The position numbers and the translations under genes were made by a program. DNA of 63,566 nt, the filler included, from Octopus bimaculoides (taxonomy: Eukaryota): assembly GCF_001194135.2 (NCBI RefSeq). It is 6 parts of 6 records of this genome, joined end to end, with 100 filler letters (N's around TTAATTAATTAA, not from the genome) between each part and the next. Parts side by side here need not be neighbours in the genome. Positions count along the whole stretch, not along the records: positions 62,563 to 63,566 come from NW_026331495.1; 5 more parts are not named here. One strand, written 5' to 3'. The notes under the pieces are model-generated. The model saw only the letters and a list, made by a program, of their open reading frames with translations, did not search any database and was not told the origin of the DNA. Of this stretch, positions 62,583 through 63,566 are shown piece by piece; position 1 is the first letter of the stretch, and each line of letters starts with the position of its first letter.

Positions 62583-63104
62583 CTTTTTTTCCATAAGAAG
62601 ATGCCCCATCCTCCACATCATTTCAAAGGCTGTGGTTTAAAAAAATTGGGAAAATTCCCATCAAAACGGAATAGTTCCAACTTATTTGGTCTTCTTGATC
62701 CAAAACTCCTTTCCCCACCTGCTCAGAAAAATTTTCCCCACAAATTTCTTTATAATCATAATCTATTCTGTTTGAAAGGTATTTGTATAAAATTTCATTA
62801 AAAGATATCCGTTTTCCTGAAAGTTATGAAGGAAAAAAGTTGGATTGTGTAAATTTTCTACAACTCCTCTCACCATCCCCTTGGAAAAATTCTTTCTCAT
62901 AAATCCCTACATATTCTGAATCCACAGTACTTAAGCAGTATTTGTTGAATGTTTCATTAAAAAGTATCCGTTTTTCTGGAAGTTATGAGGCAACAAAGTT
63001 GGTGGGAGTACACATTTGTAGCTATGCCTATATATGTAGGTTATTGGAGTCAACCAAACCCTAAAGATACAGGTAATACCGAGTAAGTGCTGTATACCGA
63101 CTAG
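62583..63104 (+). mobile_element. Non-autonomous Helitron/Helentron-like element with internal about 159-bp tandem units
   Basis: tttcattaaaa..tatccgtttt.ctg.aagttatga at 62793 and 62952. ATACAG...CTGTAT hairpin (63067-63095), then CTAG|T at 63101-63105. Confidence 0.4.
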
Positions 63105-63566
63105 TTTTGCCCCTGACGTGGTTGCAACATGAGTGGGGAGTATAACATGGGTCGTGTATTAGCGTGTGTATGTATAAAAAAGAATAAAATAGAGAGACCA
63201 ATGGCAAAGGTAGAATTATATTTTATGTATAAAGTCTTAATGATGTACCTTGAGATGTTATATGCTGACCTATCGATTCATTTCAACAGACTAAATATTA
63301 AGGGTTTACAGATTGATTAGAATATGATTAAAGAAAAAGTAAAATAAATAAAACTAGAAGAATAAAGTAAAAATAGAGATGATTGAGGAAAGATAGTAAT
63401 AAAAACTATAAGCAGTAATATTCAGTCTACTGGAAAGGTACATCTTTTTTTTTATCCTCTGATGAAATTATGCTCCTGTCACATAAACGCAAATTTAATG
63501 TAGAAATTTTTAATTGAATTATTGAGTATTAATTGAAACGGCTGTAAGAAGCGAAGATGACCAATT

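Overview
AT-rich, microsatellite-laden eukaryotic DNA with many N gaps. The SINE, RTE LINE, Tc1/mariner and Mag-type Gypsy content points to an octopus genome (inference). Only one host gene piece is clear: the terminal coding exon of a synaptotagmin-family gene (C2B domain, 61445-61773, +). A probable multi-exon gene lies on the minus strand at about 1.9-9.6 kb; its best exon is 9248-9604. The rest is mostly nested transposon debris: four Tc1/mariner lineages, two RTE LINE 3' ends, a CR1-like end, a decayed Gypsy element carrying a 588-bp foldback insert with TTAGGG-like repeats, piggyBac-, mariner- and hAT-like MITEs, a Helitron-like end, and many SINEs. The most striking unexplained signals are: (i) two back-to-back minimal type-I hammerhead ribozyme motifs at 43201-43246 (-) and 43770-43815 (+), the second preceded by a perfect 13-bp hairpin; (ii) tRNA-headed SINEs present in all four combinations of two bodies and two tails; (iii) an apparent CpG-depletion boundary near 38-39 kb; (iv) a rosa-like transposase with DD46(D/N) spacing. 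Most long ORFs in the supplied track are microsatellite or N-gap artefacts. Repeat boundaries were read by eye and are approximate unless termini are quoted.
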